Shown here: in pieces, positions 27,691-36,467 of the stretch
How the letters are laid out: every line of letters begins with the position of its first letter
Numbering within the stretch: position 1 is the first letter of the stretch
The notes under the pieces: generated by a model
What the model saw: only the letters and a program-made list of their open reading frames with translations
What the model was told of the DNA's origin: nothing
Database searches by the model: none
Assembly: GCA_049578085.1 (NCBI GenBank)
Contig: JBAULH010000068.1
Location: 1-54,102 of the forward strand
Origin: Candidatus Deferrimicrobiaceae bacterium
GTDB taxonomy: Bacteria > Desulfobacterota > Deferrimicrobia > Deferrimicrobiales > Deferrimicrobiaceae
DNA: 54,102 nt
Direction: 5' to 3'
Translations under genes and position numbers: made by a program

Positions 27691-29316
27691 ATGGTGGACA
27701 TGAAGCCGTTCCGCATCGCGCTGGCGCAGATCAACACGACCGTGGGGGACATCGCGGGGAACGCCCGGAAGATTCTCGACTCCGTCGCCCGCGCGAGGGA
27801 GGCGGGGGCCGCGCTCGTCGTCTTTCCCGAACTGGCGATCACCGGTTATCCTCCCGAGGATCTGCTTCTGCGCGTCTCCTTCATCGAGAAGAACATCTCG
27901 GCCTGGAAGGAGATCGCCCGCCAGGTGAGGGGGATTACGGCGGCGGTCGGCTTCGTCGACCGCGACGCCGGGGGGAAACAGTACAACGCCGCCGGGATCG
28001 CGACGGCGGGACGCGTGCGCGGCGTCTACCACAAGATGCACCTTCCCAACTACGGAGTCTTCGACGAGGTCCGGTATTTTTCGCCGGGCAAGGAGCCGAT
28101 GCTCTTCCCGGCGGGGCGGTCCGCCGTCGGTGTCACGGTATGCGAGGACATCTGGGTTCGACGCGGGCCTCTTTCCCGTGAGGCGAAGGCGGGGGCGAGA
28201 CTGATTCTGAACCTGTCCTCCTCCCCGTACCATGCGGGGAAGTGGGAGGAGCGCAAGGAAATCGTGGTGAGGCACGCGACCGCCTCCCGGTGTCCGGTAG
28301 CCTATTGCAACCTCGTGGGGGGGCAGGACGAGCTCGTCTTCGACGGTGGGAGCATGGTCGTCTCCGCCGGGGGAAACCTTCTGGCACGGGCAAAGATGTT
28401 TGAGGAGGATCTCCTTTTCTGTGACGTGGACGGGAAAGGGGAGGGAGGGCGCATCGAGCCCCCGCCCGAAGACGAGGAGGAGATCTTCCGGGCGCTGGTC
28501 CTGGGCACGCGCGATTATGTGGAAAAGAACCGGTTCCCCGGCGCGATCATCGGACTGTCCGGAGGGATCGATTCCTCGCTGGTCGCCGCGATCGCGGTAG
28601 AGGCGCTGGGGGCAGAACGCGTGCTTGGTGTCACGATGTCGTCACCCTACACGGCGAAGATGAGCGTCGAGGACGCCCACCGGCTGGCGGCGAACCTGGG
28701 CATACGGTGCATCGACCTCTCCATCGACGAGATTTTCCAAGCGTTCGGGTCCGAGCTTGCCGAGTCCTTCCGGGAGCATACTCCCGACGCCACGGAGGAG
28801 AACATCCAGGCGCGCATCCGCGGCACGATCCTCATGGCGCTTTCCAACAAGTTCGGCCATCTCGTGCTGACCACGGGGAACAAGAGCGAGATGAGCGTCG
28901 GGTACGCGACCCTGTACGGCGACATGGCAGGGGGATTCGCCGTGATCAAGGACCTGTTCAAGACGAGCGTCTACCGGCTCTCGCGCTACTACAACCGCAA
29001 GCGCGGCCGCGAGGTCATCCCGGAGCGGGTGCTCACAAGGCCCCCGTCGGCGGAGCTTGCGCCCGACCAGAGGGATTCGGACTCCCTTCCCGAGTACGAC
29101 ATGCTCGACCCGATCCTGCGGATGTACGTGGAAAAGGACAGGAGCATCCCGGAGATGATCGCGGCGGGGTATCCCGAGGGGCTCGTCCGTCGCGTCGTGT
29201 CCCTCGTCGACAACAGCGAGTACAAGCGCCGCCAGGCTCCGCCGGGGGTCAAGATCACCCCGCGGGCACTGGGCAGGGACCGCCGCATGCCGATCACCAA
29301 CCGGTCGAACCGGTAA
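27691..29316 (+). CDS. nadE: Glutamine-dependent NAD+ synthetase
   Basis: N-terminal CN-hydrolase domain ([34 protein letters not shown]). C-terminal NAD synthetase with PP-loop GLSGGIDSS. The true start may be ATG 27700. Confidence 0.9.
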   Translation: MVDMKPFRIALAQINTTVGDIAGNARKILDSVARAREAGAALVVFPELAITGYPPEDLLLRVSFIEKNISAWKEIARQVRGITAAVGFVDRDAGGKQYNAAGIATAGRVRGVYHKMHLPNYGVFDEVRYFSPGKEPMLFPAGRSAVGVTVCEDIWVRRGPLSREAKAGARLILNLSSSPYHAGKWEERKEIVVRHATASRCPVAYCNLVGGQDELVFDGGSMVVSAGGNLLARAKMFEEDLLFCDVDGKGEGGRIEPPPEDEEEIFRALVLGTRDYVEKNRFPGAIIGLSGGIDSSLVAAIAVEALGAERVLGVTMSSPYTAKMSVEDAHRLAANLGIRCIDLSIDEIFQAFGSELAESFREHTPDATEENIQARIRGTILMALSNKFGHLVLTTGNKSEMSVGYATLYGDMAGGFAVIKDLFKTSVYRLSRYYNRKRGREVIPERVLTRPPSAELAPDQRDSDSLPEYDMLDPILRMYVEKDRSIPEMIAAGYPEGLVRRVVSLVDNSEYKRRQAPPGVKITPRALGRDRRMPITNRSNR

Positions 29317-29569
29317 TCTATTCTTTTTCTCCGCCGTTCCGTACAGGGAAACGGGGTCCCGGAAGAATCCACCGATGCGAAACCCGGAGGGGCCAGAATC
29401 ATCGGATTCTATAGGATTGCGGTCGGCCCGGGCCGCCGGAAGGAAGATCCCATGAAAGAGGCGATGAAGAAGCACGGGGCGGTCATCTCCGCGATCACTT
29501 ACGTGGGCCCGTGAGGGAGAACCCACGCACGAGAAACGGCTGGCTTACGAAAGGGAAAGGAGGCATCCC

Positions 29570-30127
29570 ATGGCGGAAGTGGGAAGAAACGTCATTTCGT
29601 TGCTTCGGGAGCAACTGAAATCCGGAATCGAACTCGTGGAAGAAACAATGGCCGACGTGACGCCGGAGCAGGCACACTGGATCCCGCCGGGCGTCGCATT
29701 GCCGATCGGGGCGTCCTACGCTCACGTGGTCGTCGGGCAGGACGGCGTAATCAACGGGATGCTCAAAGGGGGCGCTCCCCTCTTTGCCTCCTCCTGGGCG
29801 GGGAAAACGGGGCTTTCCGAGCTTCCCCCCGATGTCGATCCGAAGAAGCAGGGGCTTCCGGACTGGAGCGCGTGGAGCCGCAAGGTGAAGGTGGACCTCC
29901 CGGTGTTCCGGAAATACGCCCAGGCCGTCTACGCCGTTTCGGACGAATACCTTGCGACGCTTCGGGGGAAGGACCTGGATCGCCCCGTGGATCTCACGGT
30001 GCTCGGGTTCGGGCAGTCCACGATGGGGTTCCTCATCAACAACGCGGTCCTGGGACATGCATTCACCCACTGCGGAGAGATCTCGTGTCTGAAAGGTCTG
30101 CAGGGGAAGAAAGGGTACCCCTTCTGA
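29570..30127 (+). CDS. DinB-superfamily protein
   Basis: 185 aa with a four-helix DinB-like pattern: EETMADVTPEQAHW, a conserved His near the N-terminus, and a C-terminal HAFTHCGEI. Confidence 0.7.
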   Translation: MAEVGRNVISLLREQLKSGIELVEETMADVTPEQAHWIPPGVALPIGASYAHVVVGQDGVINGMLKGGAPLFASSWAGKTGLSELPPDVDPKKQGLPDWSAWSRKVKVDLPVFRKYAQAVYAVSDEYLATLRGKDLDRPVDLTVLGFGQSTMGFLINNAVLGHAFTHCGEISCLKGLQGKKGYPF

Positions 30128-30153
30128 CAGGATGGCGGTAAGGATGAGCCCCC

Positions 30154-30909
30154 CTATTCCTTGAGCTTCATTACGCGGAATGCCTCGAGGTAGAGCGGCG
30201 AGGCATGGGGGTCGGGGACTCCGCTTTCGCTTTCCGGCTGCTCCAGGTTCGCCCTCTCCGCCTCGCGGGCGGCGCGCTCCCGGATCTTCCCAGACAGATC
30301 CGCCCCTCCCACCTGGCTTCCGTAGGCCCGGAGGGATTCGATCTTCGTGTCGATCGTCCCGGTGATGTCGATCCACGTGTTTGGGGAGTGGGTGGCGCTG
30401 ACGTATACCGCGGGAACTTTGTGCGCCGCTCCCTCCTCGGGCCACAGAAGCTCCATCTCGGCGCAGGGAAAGACCGCATCGAGCGCGGCCGCCGCCGCGG
30501 CACGGTGGTCCGGGTGGTTGATGTAGTGGTTCTCGAAGAACCAGGCCTGCGGGTCGCCGCAGATCACGACCTCGGGCCGGTACTTGCGGATCTCGCGTAC
30601 CAGCCGGCGGCGCAGTTCGAGGGTGGGGACGAGCTCGCAGTCATCGTATCCCAGAAAGACGACGTGTTTCACACCAAGAACCCGTGCCGCCGCCTCCTGC
30701 TCCGATTCGCGCGCGCGGGTCAGCGTCTTCCTGCTGTACTTCGGGTCGTGCGTTCCGACGTTGCCGCTGGTGATCACCACGAAAGTCACTTCGCAGCCGG
30801 CCCGGGCCCATTTTGCGATCGTGCCCGACACGATGAACTCGGCGTCGTCGGAGTGGGCGAAGATCGTCATCGCGGAAGGGGGAACGTAGTCGGCGTCGAA
30901 CCTGGGCAT
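30154..30909 (-). CDS. PIG-L/LmbE-family N-acetylglucosaminyl deacetylase
   Basis: MTIFAHSDDAEF (AHPDD-type motif), VVITSG and HPDHRAAA (zinc ligands). Confidence 0.8.
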   Translation of the reverse strand: MPRFDADYVPPSAMTIFAHSDDAEFIVSGTIAKWARAGCEVTFVVITSGNVGTHDPKYSRKTLTRARESEQEAAARVLGVKHVVFLGYDDCELVPTLELRRRLVREIRKYRPEVVICGDPQAWFFENHYINHPDHRAAAAAALDAVFPCAEMELLWPEEGAAHKVPAVYVSATHSPNTWIDITGTIDTKIESLRAYGSQVGGADLSGKIRERAAREAERANLEQPESESGVPDPHASPLYLEAFRVMKLKE

Positions 30910-31008
30910 CGGTCTCCTCGTATGGAAAAGGCGTTATACCAACGTTGATGCGCCGGGCGGACGATTGGATGCGCGACGAAGACCCCCTATCGGTGCCGCC
31001 GGAGGGCA

Positions 31009-31160
31009 ATGGTCCCGGGCTCCTAGGCGATGCGAGGGGTTCCGCGCAGCGGCCTGTGGAGCGAGGAGGGAATTGCGTCGAGCGGAACCGGCAGCGAGCG
31101 GGCGCAAGGTCGCGAGCGTAGCTGCGCGGGATCCCCCGCGAGCCCGGGGCCCGGAACCAT
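31009..31160. repeat. Copy C of the ~145-nt structured intergenic repeat family, with terminal inverted repeats
   Basis: TIR atggtcccgggc (31009-31020) pairs with gcccggaaccat (31149-31160) at 11 of 12 positions. Internal stem: gaggggttccgcgcagc / gctgcgcgggatccccc. The core 31049-31142 matches copy B. It is flanked by the 10-bp direct repeat ccggagggca (30999-31008 and 31166-31175). Confidence 0.75.
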
Positions 31161-31180
31161 GAATCCCGGAGGGCATCCTC

Positions 31181-32830
31181 CTATCGCACGTTGATCGTCC
31201 GGTATTTTGCGATCCGGACCAGTCCCGGTTTCGCCCCCCTGAACTTGGAGACGTGCCGCGCCTCCGCCAGGAACACCGAAACGTTTTGCGATCCCCTGGC
31301 CTTGCTGTGGAGAACCGCGAGCCGCGCGGCCTCCTCCACCACCTCGTCCGGCACCTCTCTGCCCGGCATGCGACGGATCAGGACGTGGCTGCCCGGGATT
31401 CCCTGGGTGTGCAGCCAGAGGTCGTCCGGCGTCGCCAGTTCCTTCACGATCCGGTCGTTACCCACGTTGTTCTTCCCGATAAAGAGCATGTATCCGCGGA
31501 AAGAGCGTTCCTCTACCTGGGGCGGGACGGCCTTCCCGACGGCTTTCGCCGTCTTATCCCTTCTTTGCTTTTTGGGAGGAAAGGAGGCGGACAGCTCCTG
31601 CCGGACGGCCAGAAGGTCTTCCCGCGTCGAGGCGGAGGAGAGCTGCTCGTCAAGCGACTCGAGGTAGTAGACGCTCTCGGCCACCTCGCGTTTTCTCCTC
31701 CGAACGATCTCCGCTGCCCTCCGGGCCTTCTTGTGCAGGTGAAAGTACCGGGTCATGTTCTCCACGGGCGTCTTCGCCGGATCGAGGGGGATTCCGCGAA
31801 ACTCGACCATCCCCTTCCGGAGAGAAGACAGGCTCGCCTTCAGTGTCTCCCCGGATTCCCCTCCTTTCCGGCCTTCCTCCAGTCGTTCCTCGTCACCGCC
31901 TACGTTTTCAAGCTTGTGGCGTTCCTTGCGGAGAAGAGCCGACAGGCGGGAACGGATGTGCTGTCGGAGGACGGCATCCTCGAGGTTCCGCGCGGTCTCC
32001 CCGTAGAACAGGTCCGCCGCCTCGTTGGCCGACGTCGCGGGGGCAAACGCGACAAACTCCGCCTTCGGGCAGGGGAACGGGAGGAGCCGATTCTTTCCCG
32101 AGGGGAGGGTGCCGATGCCGGGGGAGAAGTCGTCCTCCTCATACCGGCGTACCAGATCCCGAATCGCCGCGATCAGGTCGGCGGCGCTCCCCTTCCCCCG
32201 TCCGGCCGCTTCATGGGCGAGCTCCTGCCCCAGGCCGGAGACCTCCCTCTGGAGGACGCGCGGAAGCCCCTCCCAACCCATCGACCAGATCCGCTCCGCG
32301 TCTGCTTCCGTAAGCTCGGGGAGAACGATCCGCTCCGGCTTGGGGAGCGGCCGGTACGGGACCCCCGGGGCAACCTCCCGGATCCGGCTTTCCTCGGAGG
32401 AAACCGTCCGGAGGGGTTCGAGGATTATTCCACCCGGGTCCACGTAGATCAGGTTGGCGTGCCGCCCGTACAGCTCGGCGAAAAGAGTCGTCCTTTCGTG
32501 CTCCGCATCGGGCCGGTTCGATTGGAACTCCATCCGGACCAGCCGGTCGAAGGGGGTAACGGAGATCCCGGCGAGCCGCATCCCGGCCAGGTGGCGCCGC
32601 AGGTACTGGCAGAACCTCGGGGGAGAAGGCGGGTTGGGGACGCGACGCGTGGTGAGGTGGATACGGCAGAGCTCGGCATGGGCGGAAACGAGCAGGCGGA
32701 CTTCCTCCCGGCCTGTCCATAGCGTCAGAACGATCTCCCGTTCTCCGGGTTGGTGCACCTTGGAAACGAGCGCGCCCCGAAGGCGGCCGGAAAGCTCGGC
32801 CACGATCCGTTTCAGGAGGAACGCATCCAT
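31181..32830 (-). CDS. NFACT-family (RqcH/FbpA-like) ribosome quality control protein
   Basis: The start MDAFLLKRIVAELS is at 32830 within track ORF 31181..32968. NFACT-N (VHQPGEREIVLTLW...RIHLT), coiled-coil middle, and NFACT-R (DDLWLHTQGIPGSHVLIR). Confidence 0.8.
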   Translation of the reverse strand: MDAFLLKRIVAELSGRLRGALVSKVHQPGEREIVLTLWTGREEVRLLVSAHAELCRIHLTTRRVPNPPSPPRFCQYLRRHLAGMRLAGISVTPFDRLVRMEFQSNRPDAEHERTTLFAELYGRHANLIYVDPGGIILEPLRTVSSEESRIREVAPGVPYRPLPKPERIVLPELTEADAERIWSMGWEGLPRVLQREVSGLGQELAHEAAGRGKGSAADLIAAIRDLVRRYEEDDFSPGIGTLPSGKNRLLPFPCPKAEFVAFAPATSANEAADLFYGETARNLEDAVLRQHIRSRLSALLRKERHKLENVGGDEERLEEGRKGGESGETLKASLSSLRKGMVEFRGIPLDPAKTPVENMTRYFHLHKKARRAAEIVRRRKREVAESVYYLESLDEQLSSASTREDLLAVRQELSASFPPKKQRRDKTAKAVGKAVPPQVEERSFRGYMLFIGKNNVGNDRIVKELATPDDLWLHTQGIPGSHVLIRRMPGREVPDEVVEEAARLAVLHSKARGSQNVSVFLAEARHVSKFRGAKPGLVRIAKYRTINVR

Positions 32831-32920
32831 TGTGCTGGTATTGTACTCCCATCCCGAAAGGGACAAGGTGCCCTGTCGGAGCATTCGCCACGCGAGACAT
32901 GGGAGGGGAGGAAAGAGACG

Positions 32921-33733
32921 ATGCCGTACACCGAAGCCCCCGGATTCCGCATGTATTACGAAACGCAAGGGGGGGGAGAACCGCTGCTCCTGATCAACGG
33001 GCTGGGAAGCGACAGCACGGAGTGGCTCTTTCAGTGCCCCGCGTTCGCGAGGCGCTTTCTGGTCGTCGCGTTCGACAACCGGGGGTCCGGCAGAAGCGAT
33101 ACCCCCCCCGGACCGTACTCCACCGCACAGATGGCCGACGACGCGGCGGCTCTCCTAACGCATTTGGGGGCGGACCGTGCGTACGTTCTCGGAGTTTCTT
33201 TGGGCGGAATGGTCGCCCAGGAGGTCGCGCTTCGCCACTCGGAACAGGTGCGGAAGCTCGTGCTGGCGTGCACGACGCCGGGCGGGGAAGGTTCCGTGCG
33301 CCCCGCGCTCGAGGTCCTGAAACATTTCGTCCGCTCCTCCGGCGGCGATCCGGAAGAGGAGGTCCGCCGGGTGCTTCCCTTCCTCTACTCGGAACGGTAC
33401 CTTCACGATCACCCGGAAGAGATCGAGGAGTTCGTCCGGAGGAGGCTCGCGGGCCCGGTTTGCGTGGAGGGGCACGCCGCGCAGCTGGCGGCGGCCATGA
33501 GCCATTCGGCGTGGGAAAGGCTTACGACCATCGGAGCGCCGACGCTGGTGATCGCCGGGGACGGGGACAGGGTGGTGCCGACGGAAAATTCGCGCCGGAT
33601 CGCGGAGCGCATTCCGGACGCGAAGCTCGTCATCCTTCCGGGAGCACCCCACCGCCTCTTCGCGGAGAACGCGGAAGACTTCAATCGGGCCGTGATCTCG
33701 TTCCTGCTATCGGGACGCCCGGAATCCCCCTAA
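32921..33733 (+). CDS. Alpha/beta-fold hydrolase
   Basis: ATG 32921 is preceded by GGGAGGGGAGG. Motifs: LLLINGLGS, FDNRGSGRS, nucleophile elbow GVSLGG, and a C-terminal GAPH. Confidence 0.8.
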   Translation: MPYTEAPGFRMYYETQGGGEPLLLINGLGSDSTEWLFQCPAFARRFLVVAFDNRGSGRSDTPPGPYSTAQMADDAAALLTHLGADRAYVLGVSLGGMVAQEVALRHSEQVRKLVLACTTPGGEGSVRPALEVLKHFVRSSGGDPEEEVRRVLPFLYSERYLHDHPEEIEEFVRRRLAGPVCVEGHAAQLAAAMSHSAWERLTTIGAPTLVIAGDGDRVVPTENSRRIAERIPDAKLVILPGAPHRLFAENAEDFNRAVISFLLSGRPESP

Positions 33734-33987
33734 AGTGCTCCCGCCGCCTGCAGGTCCTTCTCGAACCGGGACGGGTGGAACTGGTCCCCCGAGACGATAG
33801 TCCCCTCGATGTCCAACGTGGGAACCTTCTGCATCCCGTCGTTGAGCTTCATAACGATCTCGACGGCGTCCGGGTTTTCCTCGATGTCGATCTCTTCGTA
33901 CGACAGGTTCCTCGATGCGAGGAACTTCTTGGCCGCCCGGCAATCGGGGCACCACGTCGTGGTGTAGATCACGATCCTCTTGCCCAT
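33730..33987 (-). CDS. Glutaredoxin/NrdH-like small redoxin
   Basis: The start MGKRIVIYTTTWCPDCRAAKKFL is at 33987 within track ORF 33730..34140. CPDC active site, and VPTLDIEG (cis-Pro region). Confidence 0.75.
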   Translation of the reverse strand: MGKRIVIYTTTWCPDCRAAKKFLASRNLSYEEIDIEENPDAVEIVMKLNDGMQKVPTLDIEGTIVSGDQFHPSRFEKDLQAAGAL

Positions 33988-34024
33988 CGGGTGGCTCTTT
34001 TCCGCAATCGTCGGCCGGCGTCGG

Positions 34025-34723
34025 CTACAGCGTGGGCGGATCTTCCGGAGGGGGAAGCCCCGTCTTGCGGCGCTCGCCGGTCGCCCGGCCGCTGTCCCTA
34101 TGACTTTTGATGATGAAATCGGACGCGCCGTTCGGGTCATCCGTGACGTAGAAGAGGTTGAGGTCGGATTTCGAGATCGTCCCTCGCTTGACCATCGTGG
34201 TACGCATAAACTTGAGCAGGTCGCCCCAATACTCCGTCCCCATCAGCACTACGGGAAACCGGCGGATCTTTCCCGTCTGGATGAGCGTGAGCGACTCGAA
34301 GAACTCGTCGAGCGTCCCGAATCCGCCGGGCATGATGACGTACCCCGCGGCGTATTTCACGAACATTACCTTGCGTGCGAAGAAATACTTGAAGTGGAGG
34401 GACCTGTCCTGGAACCGGTTCGCCCGCTGCTCCTCGGGGAGCTGGATGTTGAGCCCGATGGAGAGTCCTTTGCCCCGCTTGGCTCCCCGGTTCGCCGCTT
34501 CCATGATCCCGCCCCCCCCCCCGGAGATGATGGAATATCCCTTGCGCGAAAGATTTTCCGCCACCTTGCAGGCGGTCTTGTACGACCAGTCGGTTCGTTT
34601 CGCGCGGGCGCTGCCGAATATGGAGACGGCCGGGCCGACGGCGCGGAGGGCTTCGAACCCCTCGACGAACTCGCTCATGATGCGGAACACGCGCCACGTC
34701 TCGACTCCTGCAAATTCCTCCAC
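34025..34723 (-). CDS. LOG-family (TIGR00730) nucleotide phosphoribohydrolase
   Basis: GGGGGIMEA and PGGFGTLDEFFE motifs. GTG start. Confidence 0.85.
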   Translation of the reverse strand: MEEFAGVETWRVFRIMSEFVEGFEALRAVGPAVSIFGSARAKRTDWSYKTACKVAENLSRKGYSIISGGGGGIMEAANRGAKRGKGLSIGLNIQLPEEQRANRFQDRSLHFKYFFARKVMFVKYAAGYVIMPGGFGTLDEFFESLTLIQTGKIRRFPVVLMGTEYWGDLLKFMRTTMVKRGTISKSDLNLFYVTDDPNGASDFIIKSHRDSGRATGERRKTGLPPPEDPPTL

Positions 34724-34735
34724 GCTGTCTCCTTC

Positions 34736-34900
34736 CTACGACTTCCGGGACGTCTTGGCGAAGAAGGTCTCGAGTACCTGGACGATATCCTTGCTCCCGC
34801 ACTTGGGGCACTTGCGCTTTCCGCCCTCGTACTCCGAGAAGGACAGAATATTCTGGAATCTTTTCCCGCATTTTCTGCAGTGGAAAGAATACGTGGGCAT
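34736..34900 (-). CDS. FmdB-family zinc-ribbon small protein (54 aa); absent from the supplied ORF track
   Basis: My own translation of the minus strand gives MPTYSFHCRKCGKRFQNILSFSEYEGGKRKCPKCGSKDIVQVLETFFAKTSRKS*. It has the MPxY.F.C..CG...CP.CGS signature and GGGAGGAAGCC before the ATG. It lies 12 nt upstream of the LOG gene. Confidence 0.7.
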   Translation of the reverse strand: MPTYSFHCRKCGKRFQNILSFSEYEGGKRKCPKCGSKDIVQVLETFFAKTSRKS

Positions 34901-35043
34901 GGCTTCCTCCCTTTTCGGCCAAGGGGTTTTCTACGGCGAACGGATCTATCTGTGTAAATGCCATAAAGTCGGTGCGGAGGCAAGAGAGACGATTGCCGGC
35001 GGGGGCGAACCATCCCGGCCGCAGCCGGCATCCTAGTGCACCG

Positions 35044-35226
35044 TCTCGCAAATACCTTGGCATTCGAGCGCCGCTGCATCCGCTCCCGCTTCGTTGCGCT
35101 TCTTCCGCGGGGGACACTCCTGATTTTCTCGGCGAATAACCCAGGAGTGTCCCCCCCCCATCCTCAGTCGCGCGCCTTGCTGTCGCGGCGCATCGACGCT
35201 CTCGGTGCGTCAAGCTATTTGCGAGA
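35044..35226. repeat. 183-nt imperfect palindrome (candidate structured RNA or MITE) with a REP-like hairpin at its centre
   Basis: Outer arms: tctcgcaaata (35044-35054) / tatttgcgaga (35216-35226). The middle is partially paired and there is a poorly paired internal region. The perfect 14-bp central stem is gggggacactcctg (35109-35122) / caggagtgtccccc (35142-35155), with a 19-nt AT-rich loop. Confidence 0.6.
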
Positions 35227-35241
35227 TGGTACACTAGGGTC

Positions 35242-36258
35242 ATGGAGAAGGTTCCGTTTCTTGACTACCGGGAGGTGCTCGTAACCGGGGGAACGGGGTT
35301 TCTGGGACGCCACGTCTGCCGCGCCCTGATCGCCCGGGGCTATCTTCCCCGCCTTCTTGTCCGGGTCGGCTCGGAGGGGCGCATTCCCGAGGATATCCGG
35401 CGCGCAGGCAGGGTGACTCCGGGCGATGTCACCAACCGGGAATTCGTGGAGATGGCCGCCCAGAGCACCGAGGCGATCGTGCACCTGGCGGGCATCATCC
35501 GGGAGTTCCCTGCGCGCGGCGTCACGTTCGAGAAGGTCCACGTGGAAGCCACGCAGAACGCGGTGCACGCGGCGAAGATGTGGGGCATCTCCCGGTTCGT
35601 GTACGTAAGCGCCCTCGGGGCGTCGCCTTCCGGACCCGGAAAGTATTTTGAATCGAAAGGCAAAGCGGAGGAAATCGTCAGGCAGTCGGGTCTTTCCTGG
35701 ACCATCTTCCGGCCGAGCGGGATTGTCGGGCCCGGAGACCGGTTCCTCACCGAACTCGGACGGGCGGTACGGCGTGCCCCTATTTTTCCCGTTCCGGGCG
35801 ATGGAGAGTTTCTCCTCCAGCCCGTGTTCGTCGGCGACGTGGTCAAGGGAATTACGGATTGCCTCAAGCGTACCGACACGGAAAGACGCGTGTTCGAGGT
35901 CGGTGGACCGGAGAGGATCACGTATAACGCCCTGATCGACCGGATCGCGGCGGCCCTGGGTGTCAGGGTTCGCAAGGTGCACATCTCCCTTCCGCGGTTC
36001 CGGCGTATCGTAGGCTTCTTCTCCCCGTTCGAGAAATTCCCCCTCGCACCGGACATGCTCGAAGTTCTCCTGGCGGGGAACACCGGTGATGGCGGACCGT
36101 ACGCCTCCGCCTTCGGCCTGGTCCCACTCCGCCTTTCGGAGTACATCGATTCCCTTTGGAGAACCGATACCTCCCCCGGCGAAGGCGCTTCCGCGCGCGC
36201 GGCAGGCTCCGGCACGCGAAAGAGGGGAAGTGGAACCCGGTCCCGGGAGGCGGCCTGA
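35242..36258 (+). CDS. NAD(P)-binding SDR-family protein (NDUFA9/epimerase-like)
   Basis: Rossmann motif VLVTGGTGFLGRHV, an extended-SDR-type YxxxK region (YFESKGKAE), and FRPSGIVGPGD. Confidence 0.8.
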   Translation: MEKVPFLDYREVLVTGGTGFLGRHVCRALIARGYLPRLLVRVGSEGRIPEDIRRAGRVTPGDVTNREFVEMAAQSTEAIVHLAGIIREFPARGVTFEKVHVEATQNAVHAAKMWGISRFVYVSALGASPSGPGKYFESKGKAEEIVRQSGLSWTIFRPSGIVGPGDRFLTELGRAVRRAPIFPVPGDGEFLLQPVFVGDVVKGITDCLKRTDTERRVFEVGGPERITYNALIDRIAAALGVRVRKVHISLPRFRRIVGFFSPFEKFPLAPDMLEVLLAGNTGDGGPYASAFGLVPLRLSEYIDSLWRTDTSPGEGASARAAGSGTRKRGSGTRSREAA

Positions 36259-36467
36259 CGACACTCCCACTTTTTGGCATATCTGACATATGTTGGCCAT
36301 GCTGGGCGCCCCGAATGGGAAAAATTTTCACAACAAAGGGCTATGTATGGGTAAATAACTTCCCTTTAATAATTCCGCTTTTCGGTCCGATGGAAAAACG
36401 TTAATAAAATCAAGGTCGTGTTTTTCTCGCTCCAATTGGACCGGATTTTGCTCTCTTTTCGGGCAGA
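36259..36467 (+). promoter_or_regulatory. Conspicuously AT-rich leader/promoter region upstream of the HAF-repeat gene
   Basis: This is the only long AT-rich stretch in an otherwise GC-rich window (…aaaaattttcacaacaaaggg…taaataacttccctttaataattcc…gttaataaaatcaagg…). I could not place specific -35/-10 or sigma-54 boxes with confidence. Confidence 0.3.

Noticed and set aside
29452-29514. A tiny ORF, MKEAMKKHGAVISAITYVGP (20 aa), with an upstream GGAAGGAAG, in the 253-bp nadE/DinB intergenic region. Nearby imperfect hairpins: gaatccaccgatg...catcggattc, and the palindrome ggcccgggcc.
   Set aside because: It is too short and has no recognisable family. The hairpins are imperfect, and I could not match any riboswitch or leader-peptide pattern. 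It may be worth a look only if transcript or ribosome data exist.
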